From Leucoraja erinacea (Eukaryota): a stretch of 64,000 bases of DNA. Below, piece by piece: positions 25,535 to 38,430 of the stretch (its first letter is position 1; each line of letters starts with the position of its first letter). Position numbers and translations under genes: made by a program. Below the pieces are notes generated by a model. It made no database searches and was not told where the DNA came from. It saw only the letters and a program-made list of their open reading frames with translations. The stretch is taken from positions 4,340,001-4,404,000 of the forward strand of contig NC_073410.1 in the NCBI RefSeq assembly GCF_028641065.1. Reading direction: 5' to 3'.

Positions 25535-25892
25535 GTCTGGCAGCATCATCAAGGACCCACACAATCCGGGCCATACACTCATCTCCCCACTACCTTCAGG
25601 TAGAAGGTACAAGAGCCTGAAGACTGCAACGACCAGGTTCAGGAATAGCTCCTTCCCCACAGCCAACAGGCTATTAAACTCAGCTCAGTTAAAACACTGA
25701 ACATTAATAGCCCATTATCTGTTTATTTGCATTTTATCAGTTCATTTATTCATGTGTGTATATATTTATACAATGGTATATGGACACACTGATCTGTTCT
25801 GTATTCGTGCCTACTATGTTCTGTTGTGCTAAAGCAAAGCAAGAATTGCATTGTCCTATCAGGGACACATAACAATAAACTCTCTTGAATTT
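25535..25892 (+). mobile_element. Rex1/Babar LINE 3' fragment
   Basis: IIKDPHNPGHTLISPLPSGRRYKSLKTATTRFRNSSFP, followed by 3' UTR and aataaa. Confidence 0.85.
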
Positions 25893-26199
25893 GAGACTTT
25901 CAGATTGGCAATGAACTATGGAGAGGCAAAAGTGGAAAAGTGCAAGGACAGGCACGAACTGGGATTTAAAAGACACCAAGAAAGTTGCTATTGGAACCAC
26001 ACTCAATGAGCCTTGATATTAACTGACATGGGCGACCTGGTTCCTTTCTAACTCAGAGGCACACATGTAGACACATTAATAAATGGGTTTCTTTTACCGA
26101 ACGCTGTCATAATGCAAAGACCAAGTTTACCCAATCACACCCTCCGAGGTAAAATAACACAGATGGAGGCAATTCAAAATTGAAATGAGAGCAGATGGA

Positions 26200-26545
26200 A
26201 GTGCATGACATTACGAGAGACATAGATTAGGTATACTGTCAGAACCTATTTTCCAGGATGAAAATATTAAATACTAAAGGGCATAGCTTTTTGGTGAGAG
26301 GGGCCAAGTTTAAGGGAGATGTTTGAAGCAATCTTGTTTTTACACAGAGGGTGGTGAATACCTGTAACACTGCCCTAGGGGTGGTGGTGGAAGCAGATAC
26401 GATAGCAGCATTTAGGTATGTGGATTTGCAGGGAATAGGGGAATATAGATTAAGTGCGGACAGATGAGTCGGTCTTGGCAGCATGTTCGGTATAAACATT
26501 GTGGGCCAAAGGGCCTTTTTCTGCACTGTACTGTTGTATGTTATA
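26200..26545 (+). mobile_element. Older CR1 3' fragment
   Basis: CR1 ORF2 end and gggccaaagggcc tail. Confidence 0.78.
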
Positions 26546-26667
26546 TAACTATTGGAAAAGACTTACAGTTCAATGTTGCGGATTATTTTGTGCACCTATT
26601 GTGCAAGGTGGTTTCTGAAAGTGAGGACGGAGGATTCTTCTGGTCTGCGTGCAACAAAGAGCCTCTA

Positions 26668-26876
26668 AGGGCCTTTCCCACTTTCACGACCTAATTCACG
26701 ACCTCTGCCGAGTTTGCCCTTGACTCATATTCGCAGCATGGTCGTAGGCAGGTCGTAGCAGGCCGTGATGCTAGTCGTAGGTACTCATCAAGTGGCATCA
26801 AGTATGTTGGGGCATTTTTCTAGCTTGATGAAAAATGTCCACGAGTAAAAAAGGTCGTGAAAGTGGGTCAGGCCCT
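26668..26876. mobile_element. PIF/Harbinger-type MITE
   Basis: TIRs agggcctttcccactttcacgacct / aggtcgtgaaagtgggtcaggccct with TA-containing 3-nt flanks. Confidence 0.78.
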
Positions 26877-27114
26877 TTAATGTTCTTCCATCCCTGGCAA
26901 ATAATAAACACGCCCAAAATTAAAGCAGCCCCAATTTGTAAAATGATATTGTCTCATTCAGAAGAATTTCTCCCCACCCATGCTTAACATGAGCTAAATG
27001 GTGCAGGCAGTGACTGACACTTCCAAAAGGCATTCAGCTGCTGACATTCAGCTGCTTGTAGGTAAACCCACCCTGTCATTTTCTAGCCCAGGGCAAGCAT
27101 AGTGACAGATGTAA

Positions 27115-27642
27115 CAACAAGGAATTACAGATGCTGGTTTACACAAAAGGACACAAAGTGCTGTAGTAACTCAGCAGGTTGGGCAGCATTTCTGGAGAAC
27201 AAGTGACATTTCGGTTCGGGATCCTTCAGCAGACTGATTGTAATGGAGGGGTGGGGTGGGGGGGGGAAGAAAGCAGGAAGAGAGGAGGGGCAGGACAAAG
27301 CCTAGCAAGTAGTAGGTGGATACACGTGAGGGGAGTTATTGATAGGCAGATGGGTGGACAAAGGCCAGAGATGCAAAGGCAGAAAGTATGAGGCAAAAGG
27401 GTTGAAGAATTGCAAATTGTGAAGTGAGAAGCAGAATTGTAGGGGGGGAGAAATGGGTGTGAGTCCTTGTGGAGAGACTGGGGATGAGGGGGGGGGGGTG
27501 GTAAGATGGTGGGAAAAGGAAAGAGTGGTGGAGAAAAATAGTATTTTCCAAACATACACTGGATCTCCATTTTAATTCCTCTCCCACTCCCATATTGACA
27601 TTTCTGTCCTGGGCCTCCTCCAGATTCAGATTCCAGAGTGAA
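27115..27642. mobile_element. Penelope pLTR-like segment (-) plus an endonuclease C-terminal remnant (+, ~27569-27640)
   Basis: Same terminal arm as the fold-backs, extended by a purine-rich tract. HFNS..HSHIDISVLGLL-like translation resembles the end of the Penelope GIY-YIG domain. Confidence 0.65.
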
Positions 27643-28440
27643 ACCCCTTTCTGTTTTGCTGCTTTTATCTATAAGCCGGACAATACATTATGAATTTACA
27701 TCAAACTTAACATATGGTAGCAGCAGGATTTGCTACCTTTCCCATGGTGAGTGTGTTGCATTGCAGAGAATTGAGTAATAAACTCTGGAAGTGAAACCAA
27801 ACATTACCTGAAAGGGCTGAATGGAGGGAACAGGCTCGTCGTCAAAGATTAATTATGAGGTCGTAAAGGAAACGTTATTGTTGCTCTCAACTTTGGATAA
27901 AAATTTGGCGAAATTGCTGCAGCTTCTAACCGACAATAACCGTGAAAGCATTTATTATTTCTCGGTTTCACTGGAAGAAATAGCCAGTCCACATTCTAAA
28001 ACATACCATTACCTCTGGGAGAAATAAAGGAAAGGGAAAGCTCGGAGTGTGTAAAGTTGAAATGTAATGAAGGTGTTGTTGGGAATGGGTATTTCATAAG
28101 AAATGGATTGATATTTTCATTGGTGTATGGAGAAAATCTGTTGTTATCTTCCTTCACAAATCCACCTCGGTAACCATTCCGCACTCAGTGATTGTTATTT
28201 TACCATGAATTGGCCTCCCCCTGTTCCGTATATTTCTACTATTCTATGAAAAACCATGATGGGTAAACAGGACCAATGTGCCTCGACAAACAAGCAAAAA
28301 TGGAATTCACTTTACATTGGAACAAAGCTTGCCACATATAATAGTCCCACCAAACGTTGCCATACCTGGTCATTCATACTTGCATGTAATTGATTCAAGT
28401 ATTACATCAACATAATTGGAGAAAATTATCTGAATTAATT

Positions 28441-28815
28441 GGGCGGCACAGTGGCGCAGCGGTAGAGCTACTGCCTTACAGCGCCAGTGACCCGGGTTCA
28501 ATCCTGACTACGTGTGCTAGTCTGTACGGATTTTGTACATTCTCCCCACACCCGCATGGGTTTTCTCCTAGACCTTTGGGTTCGTCCCACTTTCCAAAGA
28601 TGTACAGGTTTGTAGGTTAATTGGATTGGTATAAATGTAAATTGTCCTTTGTGTCTGTAGGATAGTGTAAAGGGCCTGTCCCACTTACATGTCCTTGGCA
28701 CGCAAATTACGCAACCAAGAACACGTAAGTGGGACAGGCCCTTTACTATTCGGAGATCACTGGTCAGTGAGGACTCGGTGGGCCGAAGGGCCTGTTTCTG
28801 TGCTGCCTCTTTAAC
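28441..28815 (+). mobile_element. V-SINE (HE1-like) carrying a nested MITE
   Basis: gggcggcacagtggcgcagcggtagag head, B box gggttcaatcc, V-domain. Confidence 0.88.
28671..28742. mobile_element. 72-bp Harbinger-type mini-MITE
   Basis: Perfect TIRs agggcctgtcccacttac / gtaagtgggacaggccct, flanked by TAA/TTA. Confidence 0.85.
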
Positions 28816-28923
28816 CATTGAACAGGGGACATTTGATGATGCTCTCCAAGGATAGGAGCAAGTGATTTGAAATTAGTGCCAACCTACTGTATATTCAAAT
28901 TTTTGTTAACAAGTACATCTAAC

Positions 28924-29052
28924 GTACTGAAGAAGGGTTTCAGCCCGAAACGTTGCCTATTTCCTTCGCTCCACAGATGCTGCTGCACCCGCTGAGTTTT
29001 TCCAGCACTTTTGTCTACCTTCGATTTTCCAGCATCTGCATTTCGTTCTTGA
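28924..29052 (+). mobile_element. Penelope-derived short element with hammerhead core
   Basis: CTGAAGA-A-GGGTTTCAGCCC-GAAAC-GTT at 28927-28954; 9-bp TSD ACATCTAAC (28915-28923, 29053-29061). Confidence 0.78.
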
Positions 29053-29994
29053 ACATCTAACCAAACACTGGTTTATAATTCCCAACTTTAATTAAGCAAC
29101 AGTACCCTGTGTGTTCCATCATACAAAGTATGTGTTAGTAAAAAAAAGAGCAGCACATCCTCCCAATTTACTGTGAGCAAAGCCAGAGGAGATGGGCTAA
29201 TTCTAAATAAATATAGCATTAATTAAATGCTCCATTAGTTTTCCTTCCAACAAAAAAATGTCAGCATCATATACAAAATAAGTACCAGCCATGAAAGCAA
29301 TAATATATTTCATCTTTATTGCTATAGCTCCAAGGTAAATCAATTTGAGTTAAGCATTTGGAACTAATTTGAATCCCAATATTTTTTCAGTTTTAACAGC
29401 ACCAGGCAAGGCATGCAATCTTGCAGCAAAAAAACAGCAGCAATCATGATCTATCCAACCACACGCAGATTTTTTTTTCCCGTCAAAGTCCAGGTCAAAC
29501 ACAAAATAATTTCTAATTATGAACTCACTTTTAAATAAAGATGTCATGCAAAAACAACCTGCTGATATGTATTGCTTCTCACACTGGGTGCAAAGGCAAC
29601 GCAAGGGATCGGCTGGAAGTATTTGTCAGGAGAAAGTGAGCTACATTTAGGGAGAGGATTACAGGTTGCAATAATGAAGCATAAAAACAGGCCCTTCGGC
29701 CCAACTCATCCATGCTGAGCAAGACACCCTATCTACGCTATGTTTGCCCGCATTTGGCCAATATCCGTCTGAACCTTTCCTTTCCAATACCTGGCCAAGT
29801 CTCTTTTACATGCTATTATCGTATCTGCCTCTAGTACCTCCTCTGGTAGCTTGTTCCATATACCAACTACCATCTATATGAAAAAGTTGAGATGCACAAG
29901 GTCTAAGTCACAAGGGACTCTAAGCATGAGGGTGAGTTGTGTGGGACCCAATCAAGTGGTGACCACTGCAGAAGATGACATGTAGGATGATTTG

Positions 29995-30127
29995 GTGTGT
30001 AGGAAGGAACTGCAGATGCTGGTTTACACCAAAGACAGACACAACAAGCTGGAGTAACTCAGCGGGTCAGGCAGCATCTCTGGAAAAGGGGAACAGGTGA
30101 CGCTTCAAGTCAAGACCCTTCTTCAGG
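29995..30127 (-). mobile_element. Penelope-derived short element with degenerate core
   Basis: aggaaggaactgcagatgctgg...gacccttcttcag. Confidence 0.7.
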
Positions 30128-30159
30128 TTTGTTTACAGACAAGATATGAATGGAGGATA

Positions 30160-30660
30160 AACATAGAAACATAGAAAATAGGTGCAGGAGTAGGGCATTC
30201 GGCCCTTCGAGCCTGCACCGCCATCCAATATGATCATGGCTGATCATCCAACTCAGTATCCTGTACCTGCCGTCTCTCCATACCCCCTGATCCCTTTAGC
30301 CACAAGGGCCACATCTAACTCCCTCTTAAATATAGCCAATGAACTGGCCTCAACTACCTTTTGTGGCAGAGAATTCCAGAAATTCACCACTCTCTGTGTG
30401 AAAAATGTTTTCCTCATCTCGGTCCTAAAAGATTTCCCCCTTATCCTTAAACTGTGACCCCTTGTTCTGGACGTCCCCAACATCGGGAACAATCTTCCTG
30501 CATCTAGCTTGTCCAACCCCTTAAGAATTTTGTAAGTTTCTATAAGATCCCCCCTCCATCTACTAAATTCTAGCGAGTACAAACCGAGTCTATCCAGTCT
30601 TTCTTCATATGAAAGCCCTGACATCCCAGGAATCATCCCAGGAATCATCCCAGGAATCCC
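30160..30660 (-). mobile_element. Young CR1 LINE 3' fragment
   Basis: Open ORF2 C-terminus (30253-30630), nearly identical to 2794-3259. Confidence 0.93.
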
Positions 30661-31090
30661 AGTAAAGATGATATGCAACCTAAACTTGAGTAAAAATCCT
30701 CAGGAAATACGAAGTGCTGAGATTTCACCAACTTGCTCTGAGCGGAAGCTAAACATTTGACACAAAATTTATCTATGTCCCCAAGGTGAAACCAGGAGGC
30801 AGCAAGGGAAAGCAACTACAAGTAGACAGAAACACATCTGCAGCACCTCATTTACATTCCTTGTCATTTCAGATCATTTTATGATGTTGCCAATGGCTTG
30901 GATTTTGCAGGAAAATAATGGTTATGCTATCAGTTCCCTGGCATTACAGAGCTAATGTGAAGTTGAAAACAGAAATGTACAAGATCTACTTTGATTTGCC
31001 CTAGACTTCTACAAAACCTCAGTAGACTGGTACCTTATGGAGACATTTGTCACTGAAACTTATGAATGGATGTCTATCATTGGCATATAT

Positions 31091-31240
31091 AGTCTGAGGA
31101 AGGGTCTCGACCCGAAACGGGGTCTGAAGAAGGGTCTCGACCCGAAGCATCACCAGAGATGCTCCCTGTCCCACTGAGTTACTCCAGCTTTTTGTGTCTA
31201 TCTTTGGTTTAAGCCAGCATCTGCAGTTCCTTCTTACACA
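31091..31240 (+). mobile_element. Penelope-derived element with a tandemly duplicated hammerhead core
   Basis: Two cores at a 30-nt period, 31094-31119 and 31124-31151. Confidence 0.75.
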
Positions 31241-31510
31241 GATGGACAAGACATTGGTGAGGCTACATTTAGAGTATTTTGCTCAGTTTTCGTCACCTTC
31301 GTTCTGTTATAGGAAAGAAGTTGTTAAGTTGGAAAGGGTGCAAAAAAGATCTATGAGGATATTGCCAGGACTTGAGGACCAGTGCTATAGGGAGCGGTTG
31401 AACAGACTAGGACTCTATTCCTTGGAGCGTTGAGGATGAATGGTAATGTTATAGAGGTGTACAAGATTATGAAAGGTACATAGATGAGGTAAATGCACAG
31501 TCTTTTTTTC
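31240..31510 (+). mobile_element. CR1 ORF2 fragment
   Basis: KTLVRLHLEY.AQF.SP..YRKEVVKLERVQKR...LGLYSLER. Confidence 0.85.
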
Positions 31511-31645
31511 CAAAATGATCAAAATTACATATCCTTTTTGGACATGTTCAATCACAAAAAAAAGGGTATCCAATCAAATATCCAAGATAAATGGATCAGT
31601 ATTAATTTTTTGAACTGTTTACTTAAGGGGACTTTGGTGTTTTCC

Positions 31646-31821
31646 CTGAAGATAGACACAAAAAGTTGGATTAACTCAGCAGGTCAGGTAGCATCTCTGG
31701 AGGAAAGGAATAGATGACATCACCTGTTCCTTTTCTCCAGAGATGCTGCCTGACCCTCTGAGTTAGTCCAGCATTCTGTGTCTATAGTCAGTGTAAACCA
31801 CTGCAGCTCCTTCTTATGCAC
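31646..31821. mobile_element. Penelope-derived fold-back element
   Basis: Inverted arms; flanking direct repeat TTG(G/T)TGTTTTCC (31634-31645, 31822-31833). Confidence 0.78.
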
Positions 31822-32419
31822 TTGTTGTTTTCCAAGTTATCACACAATTCCTTATCGACTGTAGCGTTGGTGTCACGGAATTGGCCTTCTCTTTTATAAA
31901 TGGCCACCCAAAAGGCTGCACAAAACTCAGTTGGCAGATTTCAGCTCAATAACTGAGGGACTTGTCGATTGTAAATCGATGCCGATTGTAAAATGTGGGC
32001 TACTATGTTTATTTTAAGAATGTTGCAGTAGATTTGGAATTGAAGATTTAAAATCCGAAGTCACATACAATAAATATATTACAGGAAACTATTAATAAAT
32101 AGTTGGTTCACGAGTCTGCAATTTCCATTCAGGGTTGTTATGTAATTTCCACTATGACCTATCACAAGGGTCCATTGATGACTAAACTGGGGCTGCATAA
32201 ATAGCATGGACATTTTATAGCTTGAACATTGATCCTGTTGGACTATTCCATTAATAAGAAAGCACTACATGCCACTAATTGTAGGAGGCAGCATCCACAA
32301 AGCAGGAAACCAGATGGCATAGTTTCCTTGCAATAATGGGCTGGTCATTTAGTGCGAGTCATGTGTCATTGTTTAAAATGATAATTTGTCGTTCGTATAC
32401 AATTTTGAGAGGAATTAAA

Positions 32420-32975
32420 CGTAGAAACATAGAAAATAGGTGTAGGAGTAGGCCATTCGGCCCTTCGATCAACTGATCATCCAGAGTCAGTAGGAAAGAA
32501 CTGAAGAAAGGTCTTGACCCGAAAAATGTCACCCATTCCTTCTCTCCTGATATGCTGCCTGTCCTGCTGAGTTACTCTAGCATTTTCTGTCTACCATCCA
32601 GAATCAGTACCCTGTTCCTGCATTTCCCCCATATCCCTTGATTCCGTTAGCCCTAAGAGCGATATCTAACTCACTCTTGAATACATCTAGTGAATTGGCT
32701 CCACTGCCTTCTGTGGCAGAGAATTCCACAGATTCACAACTCTTTGGGTGAAAAAGTGTTTCCTCATCTCAGTCCTAAATGGCCTACCCCTTATTTTTAA
32801 ATTGTAACCCCTGGTTCTGGACTCCCCCAAAATGGGGAACAATTTTTCTGCATCTAGTCCAACCCCTTAAGAATTTTCTATGTTTCTATGATCCCCTCTT
32901 ATCCTTCTAAGTTCTAATGAATACAAGCACAGTTGATCCATTTTTTCATCATATGCCAGTCCCACCATCCCGGGA
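32420..32975 (-). mobile_element. CR1 3' fragment with a nested hammerhead-type short element (32493-32594)
   Basis: Insert is flanked by CATCCAGA(G/A)TCAGTA (32478-32492, 32595-32609). Confidence 0.82.
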
Positions 32976-32984
32976 TGATAGCGA

Positions 32985-33545
32985 ATTGATAGGGTGTATA
33001 GTCAGAACCTTTTGCCCAAAGTGGTAATGTCCAACACTAGAGAGCGCAGATAAAAGGTGAGAGGGGGAAGTTTAAGAAAGATGTGCATTTTTTAGTTTTT
33101 AACGAAGAGTGTAGTGGGGGCCTGGAACATATTGTCTGGTGTGGTGGTGGTGGTGGGATGTATAACAGTGGTGGTCGAGGCTGTTAGATGGGCATATGGC
33201 AGTGCAGGAAATAGAGGGATATGAATCATGTACAGGCAGGTGAGACCAGTTCAGCACGAGAGTCAAGAGTCAATTTAATTGTCATTTGGACCCCTAGAGG
33301 TCCAAACGAAATGCCGTTTCTGCAGCCATACATTACACACAAATAGACCCCAGACACAACATAATTACATTTTACATAAACATCCATCACATAGCTGTGA
33401 TGGAAGGCCAAAAAAACCTTATCTCTCCACTGCACTCTCCCCCCCCCCGATGTCAGAGTCAAAGTCAAAGCCCCCAGCACAAAGACGTTGTGGGCCGAAG
33501 GACCTGTTCCTGTGCTATATTGTTTTATGTCTACGTTCTATTTTT
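32985..33545 (+). mobile_element. Older CR1 3' fragment with a nested minus-strand non-autonomous element (~33262-33475)
   Basis: CR1 UTR resumes after the insert; CAGCAC on both sides. Confidence 0.72.
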
Positions 33546-33617
33546 GCTTTCAATATATATATATTAGAAAATGACATCAAGACAAAAAATAATACCAAAA
33601 CATTATTACAATATTGT

Positions 33618-33781
33618 GTTTAAGAAGGAACTGCAGATGCTGGAAAATCAAAGGTGGACAAAAATGCTGGAGAAACTCAGAGGGTGCAGCAGCATCTATG
33701 GAGCGAAGGAAATAGGCAACGTTTCGGGCCGATTTCCTTTGCCCCATAGATGCTGCCTCACCCACTGAATTTCTCCAGCAC
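33618..33781. mobile_element. Penelope-derived fold-back element with a 14-bp TSD
   Basis: TATTACAATATTGT at 33604-33617 and 33782-33795; inverted arms. Confidence 0.82.
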
Positions 33782-35699
33782 TATTACAATATTGTTCTAA
33801 GTTTATTTTTGCAGATGGGACCAGGAAGAAAATCAAGTTGGGGATATGTAAGTATTTTAATTTTCCAATGTGTGCTAAATCACCTGGAACTGCTACTTGT
33901 TTGTAAGAGTCACCTCCATTGTCTCCTTGCGTGACTTTTCCCATAATCAGTCATCATCAGGGTTCAAGAAACAGAGACATAACTGCATAACGCCCTCAAT
34001 ATACTGGACATTATCCAAGATATTTTCTTCTTCTGAGGCTAGTAATTGTGAAAGGCAAAACGTTGACACGCAAGAAAAGGGTTGGTGGCAGTTTCTATTA
34101 TTTGTCCCATTGTGGGCAAATGTGGAATAACTATCACTTGCACATAGGCTTAGGGAAGCAATCCTACCAACATGAAATTCATGCCGATTTATCATGACCA
34201 TACAAAGGTACAGACAACATAACTCCTTTTTGATAAATCCTTTCACCACTCTTACACATACACACTCAAGATCATTTTAAACATGAAATATGAGCAAATT
34301 CCTAGATACTGAGTTTAACTGTTAGAGTAGAATGATTTCCTTTAAAATATATGGCAGTCTAAACAACCAAATGAATTGGATCGCCAGGTCACAGCAATAA
34401 TCATTTATTGCCCTCGATCGCTGTAATTCCCAAACAAGTGAATACAGTCCACTTAACAATAACTTTTCACCATAACGGAAAATGCTGGAAATTCTCAGCA
34501 GGCCAGGCAGCACCTGTGTTAAGAGAAATAGTCGACAGATCACAATGAGTTGCAGAGCCAATATGTTGACTCTTTCTTGTTGCACAGATGCTGGCCTTAC
34601 CTGGTGATCTTTTTAAACGTTTTCTGTTTTAGTTTCAGAGTGGCCGGCTGGCTTGAAGGAGTGAGGGAAAATAATCATCACAAACCAATCAGTTTTTGTT
34701 TTGGCCTCACAGCCAATAACAATATGGTTATCCATTTAAAACCAATGATTGGTGCCATGGACTTTGATGTTGCAGCTTTGAAGATCATATTGTTGACCTT
34801 TCTCCTCTGCCAAATAGTCCTCAGTTAGCACTATGGGATGAAAATAAGTCTACCGTTTCTCAGTTAAAGACGAGATCTTACCCAGGTTCTGTGCCAGGTT
34901 AGAGTTTTGTTGCGTTATTGGAAGTGACGTGACTCCAATTGCACAATGTGGAATCCGTGGACAACAGTTCCATTCCTGACCAAATCTTGAACGTAAATTC
35001 ATTGTTACCATTCACAAATGGCTGGAAAGTGGACATATTTATGGGGTGTCTACATGAGGGGTTCAAACAAATGACGAGCATTTCACTTTGCGTTCATTTT
35101 CACACCTTGATACATACGGCAGAGCTGAAAGATTTTGCCCTCCTTGATTTGGTTCCAATTCTACTAGTCTGGGCTGAGGTCTGGTGTTTTAAGCAGGCTA
35201 TGTGACAACTTCACTCACTTCATACCTCCTTCAGATGATCACTATGGCTGTCGATTGAACAGGTTAATGACAGACTGATGGCTGGAGCAAGGATGAATTT
35301 GGAATTTGAAAATGGTGCCGGGTCATGTTTTCCGTGATGGAAGGTGGGAGCAGTGTTTGGATGTATTGAACAAGATGTTCACTGTACTTCAGGTGCAGTT
35401 TAACTACAGCTATTGCTAAACCTCTATTCCTTGAGCTCTCTTGATAAGGTTAGCATTCTATTAACCTCTTTAATTAATTTTTCTACCTGACCATAATCAA
35501 GGTGCATGGACCTTTAAATCTCTTTGGACATTCTTTGCATCTCACACTTTATTGCTCAGAACATATTTTGTTTGTTGGTTGGTTCAATCAGGCCACATCA
35601 CATTTTGGGACCCTTATTCAGATCCATCCATTCCTTCCACTGCTGCCTGAGCAGGTTTTAATAATTATTAGGTAAATCTACACGGAGAGAGAATAGTAG

Positions 35700-35880
35700 G
35701 CTTATAGAAACATACAGCTTGGAAAGAAGCCCTTCAGCCAACATGACCGTGCCAACCAAGATGCCTTATCTACACTAGTCCTACCTGCCAGCATCTGGCC
35801 CATATCCCTCTAAACCTTTGCTATTCATATACACGTCCAAATGTCTTTTAAACATTGTTAAAGTACCTCCTAAACTACCT
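35700..35880 (-). mobile_element. CR1 3' end fragment
   Basis: Same UTR as 60090-60300. Confidence 0.7.
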
Positions 35881-37057
35881 GTTGGTTCACATGCTTGATC
35901 AATGGTGTTTTATCATTAATGTTTTATTATTATTAATATTTAGTGTTTTCTGAATCATCCGTAACTGTCACTGTATGCCATGTTGTTACTTGTGGGCAGA
36001 GCACCAAGGCAAATTCCTTGTATGTGAATACTTGGCCAATAAACTTACTTACTTACTTATTATCAAGATGCTGGAAATGCTGGAATCCTGAGCAAACAAA
36101 CAAGGTGCAAGAGAAACAAATCGATTGGGACATCATCAGCTGGAGCGAATGGACAGGAGGCGTTTTCAGTCGGAATCCTTCTTCACTGATTGAGCAAAAG
36201 CGTAACAAGTGGATAGTTATGATGGTTTTTCACCATCAATATACCACAGATGCTGCCTGGCCAATGAGTTCCTCCAGCACTTTAACTTTTGTTCAAATCT
36301 TTATTATCAGCACAGATATTTTCAGCCAAAAGGCTGCTCTTTTGCTGTACTGTTGTGTGTTCTTCATGTACTTTAACACCATCCACCGAATATGGTTCAT
36401 TGCTAATCTCATAAAGACTGCTCGCTTTTTGCATGGATATCGTCCCGATAAAACACTCATGACTACAATGATCATTCTTCTCCTGTCCCAATTTAGGGAT
36501 ATTTTGTAAACTGCTGTTCAACTACAGGCAAGCATTTATGAGTGCTTTAAGCATTGTCCAATTATTCTCGTTGGAGGTTTATTACTTTTTCAAGCAATGT
36601 GTTGCAGAATAATTCCATATTATGTTCAACCTGTACACTTCTGCAAAGCTTAATGCTTTTAATTAAGGCCCCCAGTGCAATAATACCATTTCATAGATCA
36701 TTCAGCATCAAGCACAGCCCATCAGTACTGCTTTAAGTATTTGGGGAATCAATTAGAACCAACAAAACCATCTCCTTTAACTGATATCAAGTGGCTTCGT
36801 CTATTGGGTCTCTGCTGCAGCAGAACAGAGCGTGTGTGTTCAGTTACATCGCTTGCAAGGAACTGATATGGGGGGGTTTGTTTCCATGACTCAGCAGAGG
36901 TTAGAAGCATTTGAGGGAGCAATTTACCATTAATTAACAAAACTACCTTCCTTGAGAAAGTAACTTGCAAAACACGGAGGTACTGATGTGTAGTAATAGT
37001 ACTGAGGGAGCCCAGCTATCTGGAACATGGGCCAATAGATTTTTGAGAGCAAATATC

Positions 37058-37485
37058 CAATAGACAATATCCAATAGGCAATAGAGAATAGGCGCAGGAG
37101 TAGGCCATTCGGCCCTTCGAGCCAACAATGTGATCATGGCTGATCATCCCAAATCAGTACCCCGCTCCTGCCTTCTCCCCATATCCCCTGACTGCTATTT
37201 TTAAGAGCCCTATCCAGCTCTCTCTTGAAAGCATCCAGAGAACCTGCCTCCACCGCCCTCTGAGGCGGAGAATTCCACACTCATCACTCACTATGTTTCC
37301 TCGTCTTCATTCTAAATGGCTTACTCCTTATACTTAAACTGTGGCCCCTGGTTCTGGACTCCCCCAACATCGGGAACATGTTTCCATCCTCTAGCGTGTC
37401 CAAACCCTTACCAATCTTATATGTTTCAATGAGATCCCCTCTCATCCTTCTAAACTCCAGAGTGTACAAGCCCAGCCGCTCCATG
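37058..37485 (-). mobile_element. CR1 3' fragment ((ctattgt)n-tail subfamily)
   Basis: MERLGLYTLEFRRMRGDLIETYKI...GHSL. Confidence 0.9.
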
Positions 37486-37504
37486 GTGTATCCAGGTGTA
37501 AAAT

Positions 37505-37695
37505 AGTTTAGATTAGTTTACTTTAGAGATATAGCACGGAAATAGGCCCTATGGCCCCTCGAGTCCACGCCGACCAGCGATCTCCGCACCCTAACACTAT
37601 CCTACACACTCTAGGGACAATTTAGATTTATACCACGCCAATTAATCTATAAACCTGTAGCAGTAGCTCTACTGCTGCACCTCCATGCCACCCTT
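37505..37695 (-). mobile_element. Internally deleted V-SINE
   Basis: SINE tail joined directly to the tRNA-like head. Confidence 0.7.
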
Positions 37696-38299
37696 CCACC
37701 ATAAATGGTCAAATAGCTTAGGATGTTTATTTTGGGGTCATTCTACTCATTTCCATTTCAGGTTATAATTTCCTAGATAGATAAAACTCAAAAATTTCAT
37801 CTACTCTTTTAATCGAGTATACATTCAAATTTTTATTTGGTGAAATAAATCAGCTCATATTTAATAAGTGAAATTTGGGTGCCTCTTGTTTTAAAGCTCC
37901 TTTGGTCCTTACTGTTGTGTTATTGCCTTCAAATTTGTAAACCTGTCATGCTAGTGATGGTGATAATGAACAGAAGTGGTTTCAGAATTGGCCATCGTGG
38001 ACAAAGTTCATCATACCAATCCTCTTGGAGAAAATGCCCTCAATTTCTAGTCTCTTGCCAGTTTTTAAGTGCTATTTGTAACTGTCCTCTTAATTTCTTC
38101 CCTTTTATCTGCTCGGTGGGGATTTTGTCAAAACTGAAAATACCACTCTCAGAAAAATGACAATCAGAAAACATAAGATAGAACATTACAGCATATAAAC
38201 AGATCCTTCAGCACATGGTATCTGTGAAGTCCATGATACCAATTTAAACTGTATATGGTATTTACCCCAATGGCCTTCCTTCCCACGACAATATCACCA

Positions 38300-38430
38300 T
38301 CTATATCTCTTTCCCTTTCCCCTGACTCTCAGTCTGAAGAAGGGTCTCAACTCAAAATGTCACCTATCCATTTTCTCTGGAGATGCTGCATGACTCACTG
38401 AGGTATTCAAACATTTTGTGTTTATCTATG
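38300..38430 (+). mobile_element. Penelope-derived short element with degenerate core
   Basis: agtctgaagaagggtctcaactcaaaatgtcacc. Confidence 0.7.

Noticed and set aside
28441-28512. tRNA-like sequence (also 4531, 24950)
   Set aside because: SINE heads followed by V-domain and LINE-like tail; not tRNA genes.
35943-36509. 188-aa ORF, the longest in the track
   Set aside because: Runs through repeat fragments (LINE tail, Penelope-derived arms); no protein-like features.
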